This document shows, piece by piece, positions 1-10,774 of a stretch of DNA of 64,000 nt. The notes beneath the pieces are model-generated. The model did no database searches. It saw nothing but the letters and a program-made list of their open reading frames with translations, and was not told the origin of the DNA. Numbering within the stretch: position 1 is the stretch's first letter; each line of letters opens with the position of its first letter. Made by a program: the position numbers and the translations under genes. Source of the DNA: Macrostomum hystrix (lineage: Eukaryota > Animalia > Platyhelminthes); assembly GCA_950097015.1 (NCBI GenBank), contig CATNEN010000004.1:274918-338917 (forward strand). Direction: 5' to 3'.

Positions 1-584
1 CTAATCAGAGGGATCAGGCCCTGAGAGGCGAGGGTGGCGTCAAGGACCTCCGTCCATCGTCCATTGTCAAAGGTGGGTGTGCCACCCGAGTTGCAGAACT
101 CAATATTTGTGGTGCAGATGTAGGCAAGGAGATCCTCGCCTCTGCAGTTGGAGGTAACACTGCCCCAGTGGGTGTGGTGGGCATTTATGTCGCCTGCCAC
201 CAGCAGCTCAAAGTCGCGGTCTGAGCAGTAGTCCACGAGGGAAGTGAGACTGGGCGGAACCGCAGGACCGTCACCAGGAATGTATATAGAGGCGATGATG
301 ACGGTGCGGTTCGGGAGAATGTGGTTGGTTTGGATGACACAGAGGTCTTTGTCAGAGAGGTCTGGTCTATACCAAGCTTTAAGATCGGTAGTCGCGAACA
401 CAGCAGCCCTGGGGTTTTGGGGCATGAAAAAACAGTCAAAACCAGCAGGAATGTTCGGAATCTTACCTTTCTTCGTCCAGGGCTCTTGGAGGAGGATGAT
501 GCCCGGTTTTTCGAAGTCCACCACACGCGCCAGGTTGGTCGAGGCCGCGATGCAGTGGTGCAGGTTCAGCTGCAGGAAGCTCAC
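1..584 (-). CDS. LINE A ORF2, N-terminal apurinic-like endonuclease domain (partial)
   Basis: Manual translation of a frame not in the ORF track gives VSFLQLNLHHCIAAS...LLQEPW...LLVAGDINAHHTHWGS...[20 protein letters not shown], homologous to element B ORF2. The frame is open from about 743 with no ATG before the domain. Confidence 0.9.
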   Translation of the reverse strand, partial: MSFLQLNLHHCIAASTNLARVVDFEKPGIILLQEPWTKKGKIPNIPAGFDCFFMPQNPRAAVFATTDLKAWYRPDLSDKDLCVIQTNHILPNRTVIIASIYIPGDGPAVPPSLTSLVDYCSDRDFELLVAGDINAHHTHWGSVTSNCRGEDLLAYICTTNIEFCNSGGTPTFDNGRWTEVLDATLASQGLIPLI

Positions 585-619
585 CCCAGGAGGGGCGGTC
601 CGTGCGGCTATCTGCTGGC

Positions 620-2107
620 CTACGGCGAGTTGTTCAGGAGCGATTCCTCGTCCTCGCCGGTGTTTTGCCCGAGCTCCATCGGTTCCTCCTGAATCGGATC
701 CAGAGTTGAGGCCGGGGCTGCCGCAACAGCGGCGTCCGTGTCCTCAACCCGGTTTTCCGCTGGGGGTTCCGATGAAACATTGGGCCGGGTGGTGCTGCGG
801 TGGCGTCCACTGTTGGGGTCCGACAGCTGTCTGGCGCGCTGAGTCAAGCCAGCACGGATGGTGTTGCGGGCGGGTTTCCGGCCCTTACCACGTCCGCCTG
901 TCGTTGCGGCTCGCGCGGCTTTGCCCCTGATAGGGTCCGCATCCTCGGAGTGGTCGTGACGATCAGGAGTCTGTGTTCCAGGGCGCAGGGGCCCGGCAGA
1001 GCTCTGGTTCGTCCGTTTCCGCTTTTCCGGGGGCGGCGGGCGAGTGGCGTCGGACTCGAAGCTGAAAATCTGCATTCGAGTGAGGCCTGCACTGATGTAG
1101 GACATGTCTGGGCAGCGGAGCATCCAGCTGTCCGACAATCCTAGGATGGCCGTGAAACCGTCTCCACCAGGTCTGGTGATGGTTTCATGAACCACGACAC
1201 CGTTTGCTGGCAGATCCGGGTGGATTGCCAACAGCAGGCGGCGCAGTTCTCCGGCGTTGGTGATGGCGCTGCGAGCTGGAATCCAAACACGATGACGGTG
1301 TGTCTGGGGGCGCTCGTCCTCCCTGTAGATAAACAGGTTGCCCATTTCCGTGCCCCAGTCGAAGGATTTCAGCATCTCGAGGAGTTGCTGTCCGGACTGG
1401 TTGTCGGCAGGCTGGACAATGAGGGCTTGGTCCTGGATGTCGGTCTTCAGGACGTGCAGTACAGTGCCGCTCAGTGCCAGTTTGACCAGATGGGAGTCCA
1501 ATCTGCGCCAGATCTGGTCGAGTTGCGCTGTTGTGAGGGGCGTCTCCTGGCCTCGGATAACCAAGGCCGGCTGCCTCTTTGCCATAGCAGCGTAAGTGCG
1601 CTTTGGCCTTGTGGTTTGGCCGGCGCCTCCCGCAACGGGCCCCCCAGCAGTCGTCGGAGTTTCCGGATGACTGTGAGAGGTTCCGCCGCGAGAGGAACCG
1701 GATGCCCCAGAGGCCTGGGCGGCACTTTTCCGCGCTTCCGGATTTCCCGGACGGCGCGAGGAGTCCGCCTCCTTGTTGGGTGCCGGTTCCTCCGCGATGT
1801 TCGCAGAGTTGCCGGCCCCCTCCTCGGGGGCGGTGGTTGGCGCGGATTTCGCAGCCAACCGTACTTCCTGTTTTCGCCGCCGGAATTCCTGGAGGCGGGC
1901 GAGGCTGCGGGCTTGCGTGGAAGGGGAGCGTTTGCTCTTTGATCCAGCCGCTCTGGTGTTTTCCTGAGTGGCGGAGGAGCAGGATGAATTTTGGGCGCCG
2001 GTGGAACCGGTGTCGCCCTGGCGCTGGTCCTGAGGATCTGCGTCGCCGGCCGGGGTCGGCGTTTCAGCAGGGTCCTGGGACGTGCTGGAGCTGTAGTGGG
2101 ACTCCAT
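620..2107 (-). CDS. LINE A ORF1 (gag-like / RNA-binding protein, 495 aa)
   Basis: ORF lies directly upstream of the endonuclease ORF. Its core (TYAAMAKRQPALVI...RHRVWIPARS...GFTAILGLSDSW) is homologous to element B ORF1. No CCHC knuckle seen. Confidence 0.85.
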   Translation of the reverse strand: MESHYSSSTSQDPAETPTPAGDADPQDQRQGDTGSTGAQNSSCSSATQENTRAAGSKSKRSPSTQARSLARLQEFRRRKQEVRLAAKSAPTTAPEEGAGNSANIAEEPAPNKEADSSRRPGNPEARKSAAQASGASGSSRGGTSHSHPETPTTAGGPVAGGAGQTTRPKRTYAAMAKRQPALVIRGQETPLTTAQLDQIWRRLDSHLVKLALSGTVLHVLKTDIQDQALIVQPADNQSGQQLLEMLKSFDWGTEMGNLFIYREDERPQTHRHRVWIPARSAITNAGELRRLLLAIHPDLPANGVVVHETITRPGGDGFTAILGLSDSWMLRCPDMSYISAGLTRMQIFSFESDATRPPPPEKRKRTNQSSAGPLRPGTQTPDRHDHSEDADPIRGKAARAATTGGRGKGRKPARNTIRAGLTQRARQLSDPNSGRHRSTTRPNVSSEPPAENRVEDTDAAVAAAPASTLDPIQEEPMELGQNTGEDEESLLNNSP

Positions 2108-2241
2108 AGGTCGCTGGAAAAAGAGAAAGAAGAGAATAAAAATAAAAACCGCTAATGGCCGGATAGACTCCCCGGACCTTTCAGCCCCTCAGCGCGGTGA
2201 GACCTTAGGCATAAGAGGACACCTAAAGCAGTGCCAGGCCC

Positions 2242-2690
2242 GCAGACTGGCTGCGTACCCTGTTGAGGTCGAAGGGTGACACCTGTCCCTCAGAGCCGTA
2301 GCCAGAGGTACCTGATCACGCACAGGTGCGCGAGACGCTGCGGACTGGCCGCATACCCTGTTAAGGTCAAAGGGTGACACCTTTCCCTCAGAGCCGTAGC
2401 CAGAGGCACCTGATCACGCACAGGTGCACGAAAACTGCGGACTGGCCGCATACCCTGTTAAGGTCAAAGGGTGACACCTTTCCCTCAGAGCCGTAGCCAG
2501 AGGTACCTGATCACGCACAGGTGCGCGAGACGCTGCGGACTGGCCGCATACCCTGTCAAGGTCAAAGGGTAACACCTCTCCCTCAGAGCCGTAGCCAGAG
2601 GTACCTGATCACGCACAGGTGCACGAAAGCTGCGGACTCGCCGCATACCCTGTTAAGGTCAAAGGGTGACACCTTTCCCTCCAGCCAGGG
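2242..2690 (-). repeat. About 4.6 copies of a 97-98-bp monomer in the LINE A 5' UTR
   Basis: Units begin at about 2242, 2340, 2437, 2535 and 2632 (GCGGACTGGCCGCATACCCTGTTAAGGTCAAAGGG...). The same monomer occurs at 29983-30330. Confidence 0.95.
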
Positions 2691-2741
2691 CTAGAGGTAC
2701 CCAGTTTGGCCAGAGGCCCTGGATGGGTCATCCAGCGCTGT

Positions 2742-2969
2742 TGCCCATTCTGTCCGGCTGCCCTAGGGTCAGCCTTGAACACTCGCGGGACGTGTACCCA
2801 TGGGTCAGCTGACGGGACAGCGTGGAGGGATCCCTGCACCCGGAGGTACAGGGCTCCTTCCTGCCAGGCCTGCTCAAAAAACGACTGCAGGTGTGAGGCA
2901 TCGCAGACCTTAGCCCGTAGGCCTGGTCTGACTCATACCACACAGGCATTGTGTCCCGCCGGTGCGAGC
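2742..2969 (-). ncRNA. HDV/CPEB3-like self-cleaving ribozyme at the 5' end of LINE A (predicted)
   Basis: P1 GCUCGC(2969-2964)/GCGAGU(2786-2781); P2 UGACCCAU/AUGGGCA; P3 GGG/CCC; L3 UACACGU; P1.1 AC/GU; P4 GGCUG..CAGCC; J4/2 CAGA with putative catalytic C at 2752; J1/2 about 155 nt. Confidence 0.75.
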
Positions 2970-3790
2970 CTCCCACTCTCCTACTCTCCCACTCTCTCTA
3001 CTCTCCCACTCTCCTACTCTCCTACTCTCTGTACTCTCCCACTCTCTCTACTCTGCCACTCTCCTACTCTCCTACTCTCTCTACTCTCCCACTCTCTCTA
3101 CTCTCCCACTCTCTCTACTCTCCCACTCTCTCTACTCTCCCACTCTCTCTACTCTCCCACTCTCTCTACTCTCCCACTCTCCTACTCCCCTACTCTCTCT
3201 ACTCTCCCACTCTCTCTACTCTCCCACTCTCACTACTCTCCCACTCTTTCTACTCTCCCACTCTCTCTACTCTCCCACTCTCACTACTCTCCCACTCTTT
3301 CTACTCTCCCACTCTCCTACTCCCCTACTCTCTCTACTCTCCCACTCTCTCTACTCTCCCACTCTCTCTACTCTCCCACTCTCTCTACTCTCCCACTCTC
3401 CTACTCCCCTACTCTCTCTACTCTCCCACTCTCTCTACTCTCCCACTCTCCTACTCCCCTACTCTCTCTACTCTCCCACTCTCTCTACTCTCCCACTCTC
3501 TCTACTCTCCCACTCTCTCTACTCTCCCACTCTCTCTACTCTCCCACTCTCTCTACTCTCCCACTCTCTCTACTCTCCCACTCTCTCTACTCTCCCACTC
3601 TCTCTACTCTCCCACTCTCTCTACTCTCCCACTCTCTCTACTCTCCCACTCTCTCTACTCTCCCACTCTCTCTACTCTCCCACTCTCTCTACTCTCCCAC
3701 TCTCCTACTCTCCCCATTCTACCCACACCCACTCTCCCCCTTCCCACTCTCTTACTTCCCCACACTACCAAACTCCCACACTCCCACTCT
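2970..3790. repeat. 17-bp pyrimidine-rich minisatellite (CTCTCTACTCTCCCACT)n
   Basis: Direct reading of the tandem units. The overlapping S/L/P/T-rich ORFs are repeat translations. Confidence 0.95.
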
Positions 3791-4538
3791 CCCAAGATTT
3801 TCTGCCTTGGTCCTGTTTGATGTGGGCCTCCGCAGACTCAACTACCGCGCAGACTCGCACGGCCAATTTCCATTTCCTAGAAAGATCAATATTTCTGTCG
3901 CATTTATTCTTTCTCGCATCCTCAGCCGAGGATCCGGCTTAAAAACGGCCACTTTGGCCGTCTGAGCACACTAAAATGACGGGGAGCTTGGGCTGGGAGC
4001 AAGTGTATTGAGCGACTTAACTGCCGCACTTAACTCCCGTCCACTGCGGCTATGCTCAACTGCTAAATAGCGCCACCGGCTGTAATAATCTCGGACAGAT
4101 ATACGAGTACGGCCGTAAATTATGGTGAGCACCAACTTCCTGCCAATAAAATTTCGGCTGAGCAGAAGTCCCGGTTCCCCCGTCGGCAGAAAATCTATTC
4201 CTGCTACGGCGAAACCACCCGAGGATTATCCCAGCAGAACTGTTGCTTCTCAGGATCTGCCAGAATTTAATTCTCCCACTCTAAAGCTGGATCTTCTAGC
4301 TATTGCTCTAGCTCAGAACGTGATTTTTCCATTTAGCAGCTCATAGGCCACAGGCCTTCTGTCGCATTCTGTCGCATTCTCCTCTACAGGAGTGTCTTAG
4401 CGCCTTCTGCCCTGCGTGCCAACTTGCTCAGCTGGTCTGCTGCCAAACCAGATGAGAGTTCCGATTCGGGTGGAATAGCAGAATTTTTTAAGACTTGCTT
4501 GTATTATTGCTTGAGCTGAATCCAAATTTGAGCAGAGA

Positions 4539-5920
4539 CCCCTGACAGCTCATTTGAGACTCCCCTGACAGCCCATTCGAGACTCCCCTGACAGCTCATT
4601 TGAGACTCCCCTGACAGCTCATTTGAGACTCCCCTGACAGCTCATTTGAGACTCCCCTGACAGCTCATTTGAGACTCCCCTGACAGCTCATTCGAGACTC
4701 CCCTGACAGCTCATTTGAGACTCCCCTGACAGCTCATTCGAGACTCCCCTGACAGCTCATTTGAGAATCCCTGACAGCCCATTCGAGACTCCCCTGACAG
4801 CTCATTTGAGACTCCCCTGACAGCCCATTCGAGACTCCCCTGACAGCTCATTCGAGACTCCCCTGACAGCTCATTTGAGACTCCCCTGACAGCCCATTCG
4901 AGACTCCCCTGACAGCCCATTCGAGACTCCCCTGACAGCTCATTTGAGACTCCCCTGACAGCCCATTCGAGACTCCCCTGACAGCTCATTCGAGACTCCC
5001 CTGACAGCCCATTCGAGACTCCCCTGACAGCCCATTCGAGACTCCCCTGACAGCCCATTCGAGACTCCCCTGACAGCTCATTCGAGACTCCCCTGACAGC
5101 TCATTTGAGACTCCCCTGACAGCCCATTCGAGACTCCCCTGACAGCTCATTCGAGACTCCCCTGACAGCTCATTCGAGACTCCCCTGACAGCCCATTCGA
5201 GACTCCCCTGACAGCCCATTCGAGACTCCCCTGACAGCTCATTCGAGACTCCCCTGACAGCCCATTCGAGACTCCCCTGACAGCTCATTTGAGACTCCCC
5301 TGACAGCTCATTCGAGACTCCCCTGACAGCCCATTCGAGACTCCCCTGACAGCTCATTCGAGACTCCCCTGACAGCTCATTCGAGACTCCCCTGACAGCT
5401 CATTTGAGACTCCCTGACAGCTCATTCGAGACTCCCCTGACAGCTCATTTGAGACTCCCCTGACAGCTCATTTGAGACTCCCCTGACAGCCCATTCGAGA
5501 CTCCCCTGACAGCTCATTCGAGACTCCCCTGACAGCCCATTCGAGACTCCCCTGACAGCTCATTCGAGACTCCCCTGACAGCTCATTCGAGACTCCCCTG
5601 ACAGCTCATTCGAGACTCCCCTGACAGCCCATTCGAGACTCCCCTGACAGCCCATTCGAGACTCCCCTGACAGCTCATTCGAGACTCCCCTGACAGCCCA
5701 TTCGAGACTCCCCTGACAGCTCATTTGAGACTCCCCTGACAGCCCATTCGAGACTCCCCTGACAGCTCATTTGAGACTCCCCTGACAGCCCATTCGAGAC
5801 TCCCCTGACAGCTCATTTGAGACTCCCCTGACAGCCCATTCGAGACTCCCCTGACAGCTCATTTGAGACTCCCTGACAGCTCATTCGAGACTCCCCTGAC
5901 AGCTCATTTGAGACTCCCCT
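4539..5920. repeat. 23-bp minisatellite (GAGACTCCCCTGACAGCTCATTC)n
   Basis: About 60 tandem units with C/T variants. The 23-aa periodicity of the ORF translations (three units) matches. Confidence 0.95.
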
Positions 5921-6066
5921 GACACCTTCTTTGAGACTCTCACACCTTCTTTAAGATTCTCACACCTTCTTTAAGACTCTCACAACTTCATTGAGATTCT
6001 CACACTTGCTTTAAGACTTTCACACATTCTTTAAGATTCTCGCACCTTCTTTAAGACTCTCACACC
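5921..6066. repeat. 20-bp degenerate tandem repeat (CACACCTTCTTTAAGACTCT)n, about 7 copies
   Basis: Directly continues the 23-bp array and shares the TTGAGACTC core. Confidence 0.85.
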
Positions 6067-6179
6067 TCAACTCCTGCAGCACTAGCAGCAGCAACCACCT
6101 GAAAAGGCAAGCCAGGGTGGGAAGGGGTGGAATAGTGGCGTGAGTGGCCATATTCTATTTCCCCTTCTCCATTCTAACC

Positions 6180-6620
6180 GGCGCCAAAAAATGCTGCGCT
6201 TGCTTTATTGACGCCCGAAATCCTTCGACCGCGCTGATGCACGCGGCGAAGCGGGGCAACGAGGAGCTGGCGCAGCTGCTGGTGCACGAAGCCAAATAAA
6301 ATTTGGATCTCGTCACAAAAATAGATCATGAATTTGGGATTTCGATATATTGGGGTCTCGTCAAATATTTTCAAATTGGGACCTCAAAGGCGACACCCGC
6401 CTGCTGTCGAGGAAAAAAAACTCCGGCTTGTCGGCCATTGATATCAGCGACCTACCAGAAGGTGTTCGAGGCTGCTGGAGCGCTTCGGGCTTCTCTGGAC
6501 GTCTATCCCCGCCGATCGCACAAGAACGGCTACTGCCTGGTGCTGAACCAGAAGTACAATTATCCATACTACAAGCACGAAGTGGACATGAAAATGATGC
6601 GAAAAGGACGCGAAATAGCC
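6180..6620 (+). pseudogene. Ankyrin-repeat plus caspase-p20-like gene remnant
   Basis: GAK..FIDARNPSTALMHAAKRGNEELAQLLV is an ankyrin repeat. It is followed by an 88-bp insert with a stop, then GLSAIDIS, a frameshift, and DVYPRRSHKNGYCLVLNQKY, which resembles the start of a caspase large subunit. No catalytic His/Cys is present. Confidence 0.4.
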
Positions 6621-6649
6621 ATATTACTCCGCAGCAATCTCTCTCCGCA

Positions 6650-6800
6650 GCCAGCTCACTCCACAGCCACCTAAATCCGCAGCCACCTCACTCCGCAGCC
6701 ACCTCACTCCGCAGCCACCTCACTCCGCAGCCACCTAAATCCACAGCCACCTCACTCCACAGCCACCTCACTCCACAGCCACCTCACTCCGTAGTCATTT
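6650..6800. repeat. 16-bp tandem repeat (GCAGCCACCTCACTCC)n
   Basis: About 9 units read directly. Confidence 0.9.
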
Positions 6801-7344
6801 GAAGCCGCAGACTCTATAATGGCCACCTCACTCTGTTGCTACTTGACTTCGAAGCCACCTCACACCACAGCTAATCTACTCGTAAAATATTACTAAATTG
6901 ACCAATCTAGTTTCCTAAGCAGGAATCTGGAGTGTCTAACTATCACTGATTCCAATAATCCCCAAATTATGCGCACTAAAATGCAGTACTTCCAGAAGCC
7001 GTTACCCAGATGAAGCTACCACAGCCGTCCTTCTATATACGCGCATGCAATGGCACTCAAAGCAAGTAGGGAATCAAAATCAAAATAAGAGTAAAATAAA
7101 AATCTTCATTTGTGGAAGACAAATGATTGTCTATCCGACATGGTATCAAAGTACGCCGATCCAAATGGTGTCATTTGTCATTTGTCAGTGTCAAACAAAA
7201 TAAGCATAAATTGACAGCATAGTTATAAGCGGAGCGCCGTGAAGCCAGACTGTTGCAATGCAGCCGGATGTAACAGATACCAGGTTGTTTTAGCTCGTTT
7301 ATAATTGGTCCGGTGCCAAACTATGACATCTACGAGAATTATGT

Positions 7345-9550
7345 CAAATAGGGATCTGGTCAAATAGGGATCTGGTCAAATAGGGATCTGGTCAAATAGG
7401 GATCTGGTCAAATAGGGATCTGGTCAAATAGGGATCTCGTCAAATAGGGATCTGGTCAAATAGGGATCTGGTCAAATAGGGACCTCGTCAAATAGGGATC
7501 TGGTCAAATAGGGATCTGGTCAAATAGGGATCTGGTCAAATAGGGATCTTGTCAAATAGGGATCTTGTCAAATAGGGATCTGGTCAAATAGGGATCTGGT
7601 CAAATAGGGATCTGGTCAAATAGGGATCTGGTCAAATAGGGATCTCGTCAAATAGGGATCTCGTCAAATAGGGATCTGGTCAAATAGGGATCTCGTCAAA
7701 TAGGGATCTGGTCAAATAGGGATCTGGTCAAATAGGGACCTCGTCAAATAGGGATCTGGTCAAATAGGGATCTGGTCAAATAGGGATCTGGTCAAATAGG
7801 GATCTTGTCAAATAGGGATCTTGTCAAATAGGGATCTGGTCAAATAGGGATCTGGTCAAATAGGGATCTGGTCAAATAGGGATCTGGTCAAATAGGGATC
7901 TGGTCAAATAGGGATCTCGTCAAATAGGGATCTGGTCAAATAGGGATCTGGTCAAATAGGGATCTGGTCAAATAGGGACCTCGTCAAATAGGGATCTGGT
8001 CAAATAGGGATCTGGTCAAATAGGGATCTGGTCAAATAGGGATCTTGTCAAATAGGGATCTTGTCAAATAGGGATCTGGTCAAATAGGGATCTGGTCAAA
8101 TAGGGATCTGGTCAAATAGGGATCTGGTCAAATAGGGATCTGGTCAAATAGGGATCTCGTCAAATAGGGATCTGGTCAAATAGGGATCTGGTCAAATAGG
8201 GACCTCGTCAAATAGGGATCTGGTCAAATAGGGATCTGGTCAAATAGGGATCTGGTCAAATAGGGATCTGGTCAAATAGGGATCTGGTCAAATAGGGATC
8301 TCGTCAAATAGGGATCTGGTCAAATAGGGATCTGGTCAAATAGGGACCTCGTCAAATAGGGATCTGGTCAAATAGGGATCTGGTCAAATAGGGATCTGGT
8401 CAAATAGGGATCTTGTCAAATAGGGATCTTGTCAAATAGGGATCTGGTCAAATAGGGATCTGGTCAAATAGGGACCTCGTCAAATAGGGATCTGGTCAAA
8501 TAGGGATCTGGTCAAATAGGGATCTGGTCAAATAGGGATCTTGTCAAATAGGGATCTTGTCAAATAGGGATCTGGTCAAATAGGGATCTGGTCAAATAGG
8601 GATCTGGTCAAATAGGGATCTGGTCAAATAGGGATCTGGTCAAATAGGGATCTCGTCAAATAGGGATCTGGTCAAATAGGGATCTGGTCAAATAGGGACC
8701 TCGTCAAATAGGGATCTGGTCAAATAGGGATCTGGTCAAATAGGGATCTGGTCAAATAGGGATCTTGTCAAATAGGGATCTGGTCAAATAGGGATCTGGT
8801 CAAATAGGGATCTGGTCAAATAGGGACCTGGTCAAATAGGGACCTCGTCAAATAGGGATCTGGTCAAATAGGAACCTCGTCGAATAGGGATCTGGTCAAA
8901 TAGGGATCTGGTCAAATAGGGACCTCGTCAAATAGGGATCTGGTCAAATAGGGATCTGGTCAAATAGGGATCTCGTCAAATAGGGATCTGGTCAAATAGG
9001 GACATCGTCAAATAGGGACCTCGTCAAATAGGGATCTCGTCAAATAGGGACCTCGTCAAATAGGGACCTCGTCAAATAGGGACCTCGTCAAATAGGGATC
9101 TGGTCAAATAGGGATCTGGTCAAATAGGGATCTCGTCAAATAGGGATCTGGTCAAATAGGGATCTGGTCAAATAGGGATCTGGTCAAATAGGGACCTCGT
9201 CAAATAGGGATCTGGTCAAATAGGGACCTCGTCAAATAGGGATCTGGTCAAATAGGGATCTCGTCAAATAGGGATCTGGTCAAATAGGGATCTGGTCAAA
9301 TAGGGATCTGGTCAAATAGGGATCTGGTCAAATAGGGATCTGGTCAAATAGGGATCTCGTCAAATAGGGATCTGGTCAAATAGGGATCTGGTCAAATAGG
9401 GATCTCGTCAAATAGGGATCTGGTCAAATAGGGATCTGGTCAAATAGGGATCCGGTCAAATAGGGACCTCGTCAAATAGGGATCTGGTCAAATAGGGACC
9501 TCGTCAAATAGGGATCTGGTCAAATAGGGACCTCATCAATTTGGGATCTC
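7345..9550. repeat. 16-bp minisatellite (GGGATCTGGTCAAATA)n, about 2.2 kb
   Basis: Roughly 135-140 units with CTGG/CTCG/CTTG/GACCTC variants, degenerating at the right edge. Confidence 0.97.
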
Positions 9551-10233
9551 GTAAAATTTGGATCTCGTCACAAAAATAGATCATGAATTTGGGATTTCGA
9601 TATATTGGGGTCTCGTCAAATTGAAATATTTTCAAATTGTGACCTCGTTAAATAGGATTTTGTATAATTAAGACCCAGTCAAATTATAATCGCATCAAAT
9701 AGCAAACTTTTCAAAAAGGGATTTCTTTCTATCTGACGAAATCCCCAGCTAATAACCGTTAGCTCGCAAACAGTCTCATCGATAAAAAATTAGTTTAAAA
9801 AGCAGTCAAGAAAAGCAAAGCAAAGCAAAGGTATGTGCAGGTGCGCACTGGGGCACAGGGTTGCTAACTGCTGTCTCGAGTCAACAAGCCTCGGGTGCTG
9901 TTTCGGAATAACTAATGCTCGAGTCTAATTAAGGCCAGTTTTAAAGCTAACTGTATGCGTAATTTCTTCTTTCTTGTAAGCTAAAAATGCTGGCTCCAGC
10001 TATTGGACTCGCCTGACATTTAAGAAGGCATAGGCAACGCAGGCAGAAAGTGTCGAAATCTGCAGGTAGGCAGGTAGGCCGTGAGTAATTCGCACGGAGA
10101 CAGACAGGTTGGCCGCGGAAGCCGCGCCAGAAACTGCGGACAGCTAAAAAGAGTAGCGATCTGGGCCAGAGAAACTCAGCAAGCAGGGGAGCCGGGCGAA
10201 ATCCGTTTTCAGCTCTCCTAGCGCCCCAACCGC

Positions 10234-10740
10234 ATGGGCAACTGCCTGTTCTCGAGGCGAGGCCGCTTCTACCCGGATCAGAAGCTGGTTGGTGACGGCG
10301 AGAGCTGCGCCACCATAGCCACAGTAGCCGCCGCCCCTGTTGCCGTAGTTGCGAAATCAGAGTCGGGCAGTTCAGCAGACGCCGCAGCCCACGTGCAGAT
10401 GCGGGCTCTGTATTCGTTCGACAAGCAAGCTGACGACGACTTGGCCTTCGTTCAGGACGACATCCTCGACCTGTTGGATAATTCCAGCGGAGAATTCTGG
10501 TGGCTGATGCGAAACCAGAGAACTGGGGAGAGCGGCTATGTACCGTGCAACTACATCCAGCCGTACGATGGCGGGCCAGCCTCTCTAACCGCCTGGTTCG
10601 ACGTCGACCGTCGGGAGGCCGAGCGCTGCCTCCTCATGCCCGGCGTGCCGTTCGGCAGTTTCATCCTGCGGCCCTGCGGACAGCGGAGCGAGGCCGGCGC
10701 CTTCAGCCTCAGCGTCCGGACAGACGAAGACTCCCAGGAG

Positions 10741-10774
<34 letters not shown>

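Larger units (their letters stand above)
1..2969 (-). mobile_element. Non-LTR retrotransposon A (I-group, LOA/Lian-like), 5' part; continues beyond left window edge
   Basis: ORF1 (620-2107) is followed by an AP-endonuclease reading frame. The 5' UTR has 97-bp monomers and a 5' head shared with element B. The shared sequence ends at 2969, next to a 17-bp minisatellite. Confidence 0.9.

Noticed and set aside
244-2109. Plus-strand ORFs overlapping the LINE A ORFs (and likewise at 24753-29752 for LINE B)
   Set aside because: Antisense shadows of GC-rich coding sequence.
2242-2690. CRISPR-like appearance of regular repeats
   Set aside because: Units are contiguous with no unique spacers, the context is eukaryotic, and there are no cas genes.
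2706-5357. Long S/L/P/T-rich and SCQGSLEW-repeat ORFs
   Set aside because: Translations of 17-bp and 23-bp minisatellites that are open in several frames; no protein features.
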